From NCBI GenBank assembly GCA_964577695.1, contig CAZOAL010000020.1, positions 72,121 to 136,120 on the forward strand: a DNA stretch of 64,000 nucleotides, in the 5' to 3' direction. The translations under genes and the position numbers were made by a program. The stretch comes from an uncultured bacterium. GTDB taxonomy: Bacteria; Poribacteria; WGA-4E; PCPOR2b. Within the stretch, counting starts at the first letter, position 1. Each line of letters begins with the position of its first letter. This document shows, in pieces, positions 1 through 8,865 of this stretch. The notes below the pieces were generated by a model. The model searched no databases. It saw only the letters and a list, made by a program, of their open reading frames with translations, and had not been told where the DNA came from.

Positions 1-291
1 CTTTCTTTCTTTAGGTGTGAATACCACTTCACCTGTTTCGGCATCCACAAGCAGTTCACCCACTTTTCTCAACACCCCTTGCCGGACATTACCGAGCAGG
101 ATGGGCACTTTCCAACCCGGCTTGCCATTCACGCGTCCCGATCGCTGATCGGGACACGGTTCTCCTGCCATCAGCAGATTTCCCACTTTCATTAACAGAA
201 AGTCGGCGGCAATATCCTGCGCCAACTCTGCCGTAATCACCGGATGCGCTTTCTTCTCTTTTGCTTGGCGCTTTCTTTTCTGACTTATCAT
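1..291 (-). CDS. hypothetical protein, partial (C-terminal part runs off the window)
   Basis: Open frame on the minus strand from ATG at 291..289 to position 1 (97 codons, no stop), preceded by an AGGAAG RBS-like motif. Not in the ORF track because it is truncated by the window edge. Confidence 0.35.
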   Translation of the reverse strand, partial: MISQKRKRQAKEKKAHPVITAELAQDIAADFLLMKVGNLLMAGEPCPDQRSGRVNGKPGWKVPILLGNVRQGVLRKVGELLVDAETGEVVFTPKERK

Positions 292-409
292 TTTCAATCT
301 TCCTTTAAGCAGATTGCATTGTCACCTATGTCTTCACCGGAGGTAATGCGCTAATGTCTTTCACTTTCAGGAACTAACGGGCCAAACCACTTTATTGCTA
401 CGCTACTGT

Positions 410-841
410 CTACATCGGTATAAGCGCTTCGACAATTGTCCGAGCGAGTTCCACCCCCTCTTCGGCAATTGCCAGTGCGTTGCGAGCCTCTGTCTCATCA
501 AACAACTCCCACGGTGTGACCCTCTGGGTCTCATCACCGTAATCGGTTCGCACATGTATGTCGAAACCCAACATCTCGGCACATTCAGCAATCCGCTGGA
601 CATGTTCTTGGTGATGTGAAGGGAATACAGCGTCTTGCAGTGCTTGCCTAAGCAACGATGCTGGATTGTGAGTCCGTCCGACCGGAGAAATTAAAGCCAA
701 CACGGCCTTGGCTGCGTTCTCAACAGCGAGTTGGGCATTATCCACAGCAGAGCGCCAGCGCTCCAACGCGACATCTTGACGGCTTTCCTCCAAGAATCCT
801 TGCGCAATCCGAAAGCGATATTTCACATCCTGGGGCGTCAT
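410..841 (-). CDS. HEPN domain protein (HEPN/MNT toxin-antitoxin module component)
   Basis: 143 aa, helical HEPN-like sequence. 4-bp overlap with the upstream MNT gene (838..841). Confidence 0.55.
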   Translation of the reverse strand: MTPQDVKYRFRIAQGFLEESRQDVALERWRSAVDNAQLAVENAAKAVLALISPVGRTHNPASLLRQALQDAVFPSHHQEHVQRIAECAEMLGFDIHVRTDYGDETQRVTPWELFDETEARNALAIAEEGVELARTIVEALIPM

Positions 842-1320
842 CGCTCACCTCCGTCCCATTCGAGAGACCAACCAAAACCCGGAAATTTATCCCATTGCCA
901 GGCAAAATCCTGCCCAACTTTTTCACGCCGCAATCCTTTTTGATAAATCAATGTCCTCAAACGAGTGAGTTTCTCATGGGCATAGCCCCGTGGGTCATAG
1001 AGAACCATCCCATCCAAGGCGATGTCTAAGTAAAGGGAGGACACCGAACTCTCAAATTCCTCCGGGGTTTTAGCCAGAATGGAAAAATCGGCACGCCACC
1101 TGGGGGGCAACTGTGCCTTCAGAAAGAGATGCCGCTGGAAGATACGGATGGGGAGGTCTTGAGCAATCACGAAGACATCCCAATCGCTTCCCTCATGGGC
1201 ATCGCCACGCGCTCGTGAACCGAAAAGGACGATGGCTATCAAACGCTCTCCGAGCCCTTTTTTCAGAGACTCAACCATCTGATTCAGAAGCAATTTTTGT
1301 GGTGGTGACAATTTGTCCAT
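838..1320 (-). CDS. Nucleotidyltransferase (MNT family, GSx10DxD motif)
   Basis: LFGSRARGDAHEGSDWDV matches the minimal nucleotidyltransferase motif. Translationally coupled to the HEPN gene. Confidence 0.65.
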   Translation of the reverse strand: MDKLSPPQKLLLNQMVESLKKGLGERLIAIVLFGSRARGDAHEGSDWDVFVIAQDLPIRIFQRHLFLKAQLPPRWRADFSILAKTPEEFESSVSSLYLDIALDGMVLYDPRGYAHEKLTRLRTLIYQKGLRREKVGQDFAWQWDKFPGFGWSLEWDGGER

Positions 1321-1467
1321 TCTTTATAATGTCCTTGAATCAACTCTTCGGCAGTAACTGAACCATGTCTGGACGAAGATGAAGACGCAAAGAAAATTCG
1401 TGAAGAATTACGAACATCCAAAACTGGATAGAATGGGGAAAATGTTACCTTTACTGACCTATCCTTA

Positions 1468-1740
1468 CTACGGGGGGAATATTGTATCCCTCAATTTTTT
1501 ATAGAGATTAAATTGATTTTGCGTAGGAACTTCATCGGCTATTTCTGCGGCAATTGATAGCGGCTCTGAGTGATAAAAGAGAATTTGTTCATCAGGATTC
1601 CTTCCCGTTAACCATTGCTCCAATCCATCCGCATCCGTTCCATGCTTATAAAAAATATCCTCAAGGGTTCTACGGACCAATTTCCAATATGTATCTGAAT
1701 CGATCTCAGAAGGTGCGCTCACGCTTTTTATATCAGCCAT
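1468..1740 (-). CDS. hypothetical protein (possible partner of the DUF3990-like gene)
   Basis: 90-aa ORF 12 bp downstream of the DUF3990-like gene on the same strand. Confidence 0.4.
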   Translation of the reverse strand: MADIKSVSAPSEIDSDTYWKLVRRTLEDIFYKHGTDADGLEQWLTGRNPDEQILFYHSEPLSIAAEIADEVPTQNQFNLYKKLRDTIFPP

Positions 1741-1752
1741 TGTTACCTCTCC

Positions 1753-2307
1753 CTAAATATATGGATGTGTTGGGTTCCCTTGGATGTGTATACTCGGCGT
1801 GGGCAATATCGCTAATGCAGCGGAAGTGTGAAGACTGACCTGGTCGCAATCCTTTATGACCAATGTCTGTGGCCACAGAGAAACGGGTCCAAAAACGACA
1901 TCATAATCCCTGGTGCCCCATAGCAGATGCGGGCTTCTTCCGTTTCGGCAATATGTTATAAAGTCCCAGTAATCTAGGTTTGAATTTTCAGTCACAAAAC
2001 ACAGGTGATGTAAGGTGGAGAGCAGATTTCTATCAACCTCGAATTTAATGACGACTGCAGACTGAGCTGGATTTCGTCTATTGAAGCGACGTCGCCTATA
2101 CCGCATGTTGGCCCAATTCCGGGCCTGGTTTAGGTTTGTTGTCGTGTAGAATCCTCCACCAAAATCTGCTGACGGGTTACAGTAAGATAAGTTTATGCTG
2201 TGGTTCATCGGTGGTGAGGGCAGTCTAATTGCTGATGCCGAAATATCTTCAGTTCCGTGATAAAGAACGATGGGACCATTCGTCCAAGGCATGTTTTTCT
2301 CCTTCAT
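1753..2307 (-). CDS. DUF3990-like protein (LYHGT...DFGGGFYTT...QARNWA motifs)
   Basis: 184 aa. The motifs LYHGTE, DFGGGFYTTT and ARNWA resemble the DUF3990 family often found in TA-like pairs. Confidence 0.45.
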   Translation of the reverse strand: MKEKNMPWTNGPIVLYHGTEDISASAIRLPSPPMNHSINLSYCNPSADFGGGFYTTTNLNQARNWANMRYRRRRFNRRNPAQSAVVIKFEVDRNLLSTLHHLCFVTENSNLDYWDFITYCRNGRSPHLLWGTRDYDVVFGPVSLWPQTLVIKDCDQVSLHTSAALAILPTPSIHIQGNPTHPYI

Positions 2308-2511
2308 GTCTGGGACAGGGGCTCGGAATTATATCTCCTTATCCCGATTTTCGCTCCACAGCGTTGAACCTTTAGTGATGATAAATTGTATAAGCCAACA
2401 TGATGATCGCCATCTGGATGTCGAGGCTTTAGCCGGTCTTGCTCTGGGAAAACCCGGCTAAAGCCAAGCGCCGCTAAGAAGTGGCTATTGTCATCTTGAC
2501 CATTACAGTTG

Positions 2512-2706
2512 TTATAAATTCGCAATCAACTCTTGCAATTTGCCATGACCTAAAGAGGCGTTACATTTCTTACAGACATTGACTTTTTTTTCCTTGATGT
2601 CATGGCTGTAAATCACTTTCACCCCTGTCCTTTTGCAGACAGGGCATGCGCCTCGACCGCTATTATAGAGTTTTCGGACGCCGATTCCTCTATGGGTTTT
2701 TGCCAT
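2512..2706 (-). CDS. small zinc-ribbon protein (CPVC...CKKC)
   Basis: 64 aa, basic, with two CxxC pairs. Confidence 0.4.
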   Translation of the reverse strand: MAKTHRGIGVRKLYNSGRGACPVCKRTGVKVIYSHDIKEKKVNVCKKCNASLGHGKLQELIANL

Positions 2707-2787
2707 TGTGACTCCTTTCTTGTTTTAACGAAAAAATTGAATATTCTGATTTCAATAGTATCGATACGTTGATTTCGGTGTGCTTCG

Positions 2788-3108
2788 CTACTCGGCACGT
2801 TTCATTGATGCATTTTGTTTGTTAAGGTATTCTTCTAATGCCAATATAATGAGAGGTTGCGGATTACTCAATCCCCTTTCTACGGCTAATTTTTGATAGC
2901 CTTCAATGAGATGCTTAGTGAGTTGTATTGATGTGATTAGGCTTTTATGGTTTTCACGGTCAGGGTCGAAATCCCAAGCATCTTCCGCATTCACTTCTAT
3001 CAGAGAATTTGCCCACTTTTCAAAATCCTCGTCACTCTTAAATCGAGCAAGAATGTCTTCATTCGGATATTCCTGTTTTGATTCGTTAGACATTTTAGGC
3101 CTCCTCAT
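2788..3108 (-). CDS. brnA: BrnA-like antitoxin (RHH/CopG-like)
   Basis: 106 aa. The C-terminal LIILALEEYLNK-type motif and a 4-bp overlap with the upstream BrnT-like gene support the call. Confidence 0.55.
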   Translation of the reverse strand: MRRPKMSNESKQEYPNEDILARFKSDEDFEKWANSLIEVNAEDAWDFDPDRENHKSLITSIQLTKHLIEGYQKLAVERGLSNPQPLIILALEEYLNKQNASMKRAE

Positions 3109-3389
3109 TCGCGAACACTGAATATTCGTGCAGTATCATATCTAATCAGGGTGAAAACGACTGCTAAACGTCCGCGTCGAACCATAAAATTTTTTAACCC
3201 CGTCCGTGGATGGCGCGAGACAAATCGAAACTTTGAAGCTCCTCTAACAATGTCTTCAAGCTCTTGTCTCAAGATATGCGGATGTGCCTGTTCCAGATGG
3301 CTTATATTTCCTTCATCCCAGATAAAGTGTTTGATTTGTGGCATCGTATATCCTATCTGACCTAAAAGCCATCTGTTTCTTTCGTTCAC
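3105..3389 (-). CDS. brnT: BrnT-like toxin (DUF497)
   Basis: 94 aa. FIWDEGNISHLEQ matches the BrnT signature F-E-W-D-x-x-K/N. Order is brnT then brnA. Confidence 0.6.
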   Translation of the reverse strand: MNERNRWLLGQIGYTMPQIKHFIWDEGNISHLEQAHPHILRQELEDIVRGASKFRFVSRHPRTGLKNFMVRRGRLAVVFTLIRYDTARIFSVRE

Positions 3390-3433
3390 TTCCTTTGCGC
3401 GGAAGTGCTGCCACTTGTACTGGAATCGTCGGG

Positions 3434-3471
3434 GGTGAGTGGTGACTGGGAGCTATTCCTCACCACTCACC
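3434..3471. terminator. 12-bp perfect inverted repeat hairpin (GGTGAGTGGTGA...TCACCACTCACC)
   Basis: Perfect IR between the BrnT start and the CoxS stop. No clear U-tract. Confidence 0.3.
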
Positions 3472-3487
3472 GAAAATGGCCCAGATG

Positions 3488-3994
3488 TTAAGCATTCGCA
3501 CGCATGACTTCTGCCGCGCTCATCACGGCTTCGATAATTTTGGTATATCCGGTGCACCGGCAGATGTTACCGCCGAGTGCATGTCGCAACGCTGCTTCCG
3601 TCGGATTGGGGTTTTCATCAAGGAAGGCTTTGGACGCGATGATGAATCCCGGCGTGCAGAACCCGCACTGATAACCGCCCTTTTCGATGAACTCACGCTG
3701 GATGGGGTGCAGATGACCATCGCGAGAGATGCCTTCAATCGTCGTGATGGATTTGCCATTTGCACGGACGGCGAGCATCATACAAGATGTCACCGCACTC
3801 CCATCGACGATGACCGTACATGCGCCGCAGTCACCTGTGCCGCAACCCTCTTTTGTTCCGGTCAAACCGATTGTCTCACGAAGGACCGCCAACAACGTTT
3901 TCCGGGGTTCAATCAGCAAATCGTACTGATCGCCATTGACCGTTAAACTCACTGGATGCTTTTTCATTTTATTTCTTCTATCCCTCCTGTTCAC
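3488..3994 (-). CDS. (2Fe-2S)-binding small subunit of a molybdopterin dehydrogenase (CoxS/XdhC-like)
   Basis: CGTGDCGACTV, CGFCTPGF and CRCTGY cluster motifs. Confidence 0.85.
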   Translation of the reverse strand: MNRRDRRNKMKKHPVSLTVNGDQYDLLIEPRKTLLAVLRETIGLTGTKEGCGTGDCGACTVIVDGSAVTSCMMLAVRANGKSITTIEGISRDGHLHPIQREFIEKGGYQCGFCTPGFIIASKAFLDENPNPTEAALRHALGGNICRCTGYTKIIEAVMSAAEVMRANA

Positions 3995-4061
3995 AGAATA
4001 ATTGCATCTTGCATCTTGAGAACTGGATTCAAAATGCAGGATTCTGGCTTCAGTTGATTTA

Positions 4062-4997
4062 TCATTGTGCTCTTGCCGCTGCCGCTTTCACTGCACGGTG
4101 GGTTAAGACTTTGACCATTTCCATGCGATAATCTGCTGAGCACCGCAGATCTGAGATTGGACTGGACTGCGCTGAAGCAGCGGAAGCCGCTTGCTCCAGA
4201 ATTGCCTCTGTCAGTGCGTTCCCGCGGAGAATCGCTTCGGCGTTGGTTGCACGGATGGGCTTGGGGGCAACGGCTGCGAGCCCAATCTTGGCATCTGCTA
4301 CCGTCCCATTTTTTAATTGTACGGAAGCTGCCACGCCAACAAAAGCAAGATCCATTACCTCTCGAATCTTTTGCTTGAGGTACTGCGAACCAGAATTTGC
4401 CTTGAGTGGTGGACATTCAAACGCTGTCACAATCTCGCCTTTCTTCAACACGGTTTTCCCCGGTCCTAGAAAAAAATCTTCAATCGGCACCGTGCGCTCG
4501 CCCTCTGCACTGGCGATTCTGACCTGTGCGCTGAATACCAACAGGGCAGCCGCCGTCTCGGCAGCGGGGGAGCCGTGACAAATGTTCCCGCCCAATGTTG
4601 CCAGATTTCGGATTTGGATGGAGCCGACCTCCGCCGCTCCTTCCGCGAGTGCAGTGTAGTCGCTTTGAAGGGTCGAAGATTGTTCGAGGGTTCGCATTTT
4701 TGTCATCGCGCCGATTCTCAAACCGCCCTCCGCATCGTACTGGATGCCGTCTAATCCCGGAATCTTTTCCAAGCTGATGACATATTCCGGAGTGAGTGCC
4801 CGATCTTTCATCGCAATAAGCAAATCGGTGCCGCCAGCCAAGAGCTGGGCTTTGCCATTGTATTGAATGAGCAGGGATGACGCTTCCTCAATCGTCGTGG
4901 GTTCAAAAAACTCGAAGTTTCTCAATATGAAGACCTCCCTGAACTTACGAGGCATCCCCGTGCCTCGCAGAATAGTTGGCACTTCCTTGAGTGCCAT
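4062..4997 (-). CDS. FAD-binding medium subunit of a molybdopterin dehydrogenase (CoxM/XdhB-like)
   Basis: 311 aa with AGGTDLL FAD-binding motif, immediately upstream of the 2Fe-2S subunit. No large Mo subunit in the window. Confidence 0.8.
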   Translation of the reverse strand: MALKEVPTILRGTGMPRKFREVFILRNFEFFEPTTIEEASSLLIQYNGKAQLLAGGTDLLIAMKDRALTPEYVISLEKIPGLDGIQYDAEGGLRIGAMTKMRTLEQSSTLQSDYTALAEGAAEVGSIQIRNLATLGGNICHGSPAAETAAALLVFSAQVRIASAEGERTVPIEDFFLGPGKTVLKKGEIVTAFECPPLKANSGSQYLKQKIREVMDLAFVGVAASVQLKNGTVADAKIGLAAVAPKPIRATNAEAILRGNALTEAILEQAASAASAQSSPISDLRCSADYRMEMVKVLTHRAVKAAAARAQ

Positions 4998-5240
4998 TTG
5001 TTTCTAAAGAATACCAAATCTGATTGGGGTTGTCAACACTTAAATGCGCTGATTTATCTCCAGTTCTTCTCCAAGCTGATCACAAAGGAAACAAAGGCAG
5101 GTGAGATGGAAGTCGAAGCGGATAAAACAGGCGGGCTGAAGGATGGAGGAATTTGGTGAGAGCGGGTCTTTTCTGTGAGCGCTTCATCGGCAGGAAAACG
5201 TTTCAGGTCAGCGATTCCCTTTGAAGTCTAATCGATCCTT

Positions 5241-6182
5241 TCAAACTTCCAAATTTCCTTGTCTTCTTTTCCAGCGAAGCGTAATCGCTCCTCCCGCCAA
5301 AACCAACTCTGCCGCAAGACTCCAGAGGCGGGACAACAGCGCCACAAGGGTAGCGGTTGCCGGCGGCAGATAGGCTGACAGCAGCAGGCTCAACACCCCT
5401 TCACGAATCCCCAATCCGCCGGGGGTGACCACGCTCAGAAATCCAACCGTCCACGCCGTAGCATAGATGCCCATCATCGCTGGAAACTGGTGCCATCCCA
5501 ATGGGGAAAGGCTTTTCACAAACAGAAAAAACGCCAGCCCGCAACAGCCCCACAGGAGCAGGTATGTCAAAAGGAAGCGAAGGAATTGGAAGAAAGAAAA
5601 TTTAAAAAGGATATCGGTTCGGAAAACCTTCCGTGAGATGAAATGGAACATCTTTTCGCCACAGCGGGCAAGGGTAAAAATCCCAACGACGACCATGATC
5701 AGAAAGAAGGGAATCAGCCGCGGGACGGGCCCTGTCAACGGGAAGTTCTGACCGGGGAGGAACAGAAGTCCACACAGGGAAATGAAAATGCCTGAAAGGG
5801 TGAGAAAACCCAGATGAAACCCAATGCTCAACAGGGCGTCGGTTTTACGGATACCTGCTTTTTCGCAGAGATACATCTGTCCGAAAAGGTGCCACATTTT
5901 TCCAGGAAGGTATTTGCCTAATTGGGAGAGGGAGAAGATCTGAAACCCTTTGCGATAAGGCAGTCCTTCGCCACGTTGCTTCAAATAGGCGAGCCACGGT
6001 TTGACCGACAAGCAGGAATAGAGCAAAAACGTAGTGAAAGAGGCAATCAGCCAGAGGAGATGGAAATGCCAGGAATAATCCTTGATCTCTCTCCACTTCA
6101 CAACCAGCATCTGCCCCAGAAAGAAGAGGATGGCAAAAGCGATGAGAAAGCCGAGAGATTTCTTGAGCCAATGAAAATTCAT
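5241..6182 (-). CDS. polytopic membrane protein (UPF0104 / lysyl-PG-synthase-TM-like flippase family)
   Basis: 313 aa, highly hydrophobic with multiple TM segments. Confidence 0.5.
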   Translation of the reverse strand: MNFHWLKKSLGFLIAFAILFFLGQMLVVKWREIKDYSWHFHLLWLIASFTTFLLYSCLSVKPWLAYLKQRGEGLPYRKGFQIFSLSQLGKYLPGKMWHLFGQMYLCEKAGIRKTDALLSIGFHLGFLTLSGIFISLCGLLFLPGQNFPLTGPVPRLIPFFLIMVVVGIFTLARCGEKMFHFISRKVFRTDILFKFSFFQFLRFLLTYLLLWGCCGLAFFLFVKSLSPLGWHQFPAMMGIYATAWTVGFLSVVTPGGLGIREGVLSLLLSAYLPPATATLVALLSRLWSLAAELVLAGGAITLRWKRRQGNLEV

Positions 6183-6281
6183 GCGGAAAATCGCCCCGAT
6201 TTCATGGAAAATTAAATGTGGTCATTTCTCAAAGCGATTTTTAGGCAATGGACAACTCGGTCCTGATCCGTTTCTGTCATA

Positions 6282-7082
6282 TCAGGGGATATTTGACTTT
6301 TCTGCGATGATGAAGAGGGATAAGCCCCAGCCAACATGAACGTGATTTTCAAAAAGAGCGAACCAGTGGTTCATGAGAAAATGAAAAAGGAAAGCCATCG
6401 GACTGTGTCTGGAGTATCTCAGTTTTTCATTGACGCGCCGCTTGAGAACCTTTTCGGAGAGATAGTATGGCACAACCCCCATCACATTCCAAAAGCGCAT
6501 CTTTTTGATTGTAAAGCCACATTGCTCTAATTTGTGTTGGATTTCCCTTTGACGGTAACGGCGAAAATGTCCCATTTCCCTGTCTCGAATGCCATATAAA
6601 CACGGATGTGCAGGCACAACCAGTAATAATCTGCCCTGTTCGCTTAATCTCCCATAAATTCCCACAAGTACGTCCACATCAGATTGAATATGCTCCAAAA
6701 CATCGACACCTGTAATCAAATCGAACACCTGGGGTTCAAGCTTGTGGATTTCCTCTGCCCTTAATGGGAGAATTTGTATCTGTCCTTGATACGCTTGGGT
6801 TGTCTGCTTTGTGAGTTCTACCATCTCTGGTGACATATCGATAGCAGTCACTGAAAATCCGCGTCCTAAGAGATCCAAAGCCAAATGGCCTGTTCCACAG
6901 CCGATTTCAAGCGCATGAGAGCCGATGGCGTATTTCAACACCATCTTTCTGAGATTGCTGTTGCGGAAATCCGTCTCCTGATATTCATAAAGCCTGGTAT
7001 AATGTTCAATCAGTTTTGACGGCTCTACGAAATGATCAGAAAGGCTCGGATGAGTTTTGGGGTAGTTTGTAGATCCACACAT
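6282..7082 (-). CDS. class I SAM-dependent methyltransferase
   Basis: LEIGCGTGHLALDL motif I. Overlaps the upstream GT39 gene, so likely an operon. Confidence 0.75.
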   Translation of the reverse strand: MCGSTNYPKTHPSLSDHFVEPSKLIEHYTRLYEYQETDFRNSNLRKMVLKYAIGSHALEIGCGTGHLALDLLGRGFSVTAIDMSPEMVELTKQTTQAYQGQIQILPLRAEEIHKLEPQVFDLITGVDVLEHIQSDVDVLVGIYGRLSEQGRLLLVVPAHPCLYGIRDREMGHFRRYRQREIQHKLEQCGFTIKKMRFWNVMGVVPYYLSEKVLKRRVNEKLRYSRHSPMAFLFHFLMNHWFALFENHVHVGWGLSLFIIAEKSNIP

Positions 7083-8865
7083 AATCGATATGATTCAGAC
7101 GGATCACCTGTTCGAGGGTGCCCTTGATATCATCGAGATGAACCCGATTGATTTGGAGGTCCCGAATATAGACGACTTCGTAATCAGGTGGAAATAGGAC
7201 CGGTTCTTGATCTCGCCGATAGGATGTGCCTTTGAAGTAATAACCGAAAAACTCAGCGGACAAAGGGGAAACACGCACCACCAGGTTCTTGGCGTTTGGT
7301 TTTTGGTTCAGGTAATCAGCGGCGAGATCTAAACCTGAACCATCTCCGATGGTGCACACTTTTGTAATATTCGTTATGCGCCAGCATGGATTGTAATAGG
7401 TGCCATAATAGGGGTGAAGTGTTAGCACTGGAATCACTTGAATGAGGCAGATCAGCCCTATAGCTAGCATATCAGCCACTTTTTTCATCACGGGCCAACG
7501 CTTAAACACTTCAAGTTGAGCGATCGGTTCGCTCAAAACAGACAATCCGATTGCCGCGAGAATATCCATGATTGGAAAGGCGGGTAGTAGATAACGGTTG
7601 AATTTTTTGGCACCTATTGACATGCAGATTGTAAACAAAACAACAAAAATCGAGAGTGCCAGGTATATCCTGTGTGTCCTCACATAGTGGGGCTTTTGCC
7701 TTTGCCACCATAGAACAACGAAACCCATCAAAGACAGGGGGCAGGTGAGTGCCCCACTATTGATGGATAGCATCAGGGGATAAAATCGCCAGCCTGGATC
7801 GAAAACAATCTTGCCGAGAAAATAATGATGGACATTGTGTTCAGTCGTTAGTGCCCAACCGATTCCGTCAACAAAAGGTTGAATCGCCTTATAAACGACA
7901 AAGCCAGTGATGATAAAGCCCATCCCACCAACAATCACAGCCGGTCTAATTGCGCTCCATGTTTCCGCCACAGCCGTTTTTATGATGAGATGTTTTAGCT
8001 TCCTCCCTGACCAAATTGTTATTCCGAGCAAACCAAGCGCAACGAGAGGGGAAATCGGAAGCCTGATTCCGGCAATTGACGGCCAGTAAACCCAGAGCAC
8101 TGGCCAGAAAGCAAAGAATGTCAAACCAGCCGTGCACAGCCAAGCCAAGAAGGCATAGAGAGCTCTACCCAACCCGGCCGTGAAGGTCGTCTGCCGAGAG
8201 GATAACGCGAAAAGCAATGGGAACCAAAACACAAGGATTAAGGCGTTACTTTTTGAAAGACAAGCCAGCCCAAAGCAGATTCCTGAAAATGTCAGATAAC
8301 GGTGGCGGGATGCGTTTTCTACATAGATCAGCAGGGCGAGGATTGCCAGTAGCAGAAAGTCTGCTGCGAGTGCATCTGTATGCAACCGCCGCGACTGTGC
8401 GAGGTAAATGGGGTCAACGGCAATAAAAATCCCTGCAATCGCAGCTATCTTTGTCCCCAGTAATTTTTGAATCAAAAAGAAAGCAATTAAAATGACACAA
8501 CTGGTTGTAATAGCGATTATCAAACGGGTTCTTGCCAGATTCGATGGAGACAGGAATGGATAACTGCGAAGCGAAGGAGCAACAGACAGGGCATGTTTGT
8601 ACTTTGCCCACAAACTGATACCGCCGAGCCACATGGTTGTCACGCCGGGGTGAAAAGACTGAAGGGTTTCGGAAAACTCTCCGTTCTGAAGGGAGAGCAT
8701 AAAATTCCGTGAGCGGTTCATCCAAAGGGTTTCATCAGATGACCAATGCGCATCAAGGGAAAGGACACGGGGGAAAAAGCTTAGGAACCAAATCCCAAAG
8801 ATAATTCCCATGTAACCATACTGTCTCAGAAACTGTCTCATTATTTTCAGCAAGTCCTTACCCAT
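7036..8865 (-). CDS. glycosyltransferase family 39 (ArnT/PMT-like) membrane protein
   Basis: 609 aa, polytopic, with the N-terminal DE-containing loop architecture typical of GT-C/GT39. Confidence 0.65.
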   Translation of the reverse strand: MGKDLLKIMRQFLRQYGYMGIIFGIWFLSFFPRVLSLDAHWSSDETLWMNRSRNFMLSLQNGEFSETLQSFHPGVTTMWLGGISLWAKYKHALSVAPSLRSYPFLSPSNLARTRLIIAITTSCVILIAFFLIQKLLGTKIAAIAGIFIAVDPIYLAQSRRLHTDALAADFLLLAILALLIYVENASRHRYLTFSGICFGLACLSKSNALILVFWFPLLFALSSRQTTFTAGLGRALYAFLAWLCTAGLTFFAFWPVLWVYWPSIAGIRLPISPLVALGLLGITIWSGRKLKHLIIKTAVAETWSAIRPAVIVGGMGFIITGFVVYKAIQPFVDGIGWALTTEHNVHHYFLGKIVFDPGWRFYPLMLSINSGALTCPLSLMGFVVLWWQRQKPHYVRTHRIYLALSIFVVLFTICMSIGAKKFNRYLLPAFPIMDILAAIGLSVLSEPIAQLEVFKRWPVMKKVADMLAIGLICLIQVIPVLTLHPYYGTYYNPCWRITNITKVCTIGDGSGLDLAADYLNQKPNAKNLVVRVSPLSAEFFGYYFKGTSYRRDQEPVLFPPDYEVVYIRDLQINRVHLDDIKGTLEQVIRLNHIDYVWIYKLPQNSSEPF

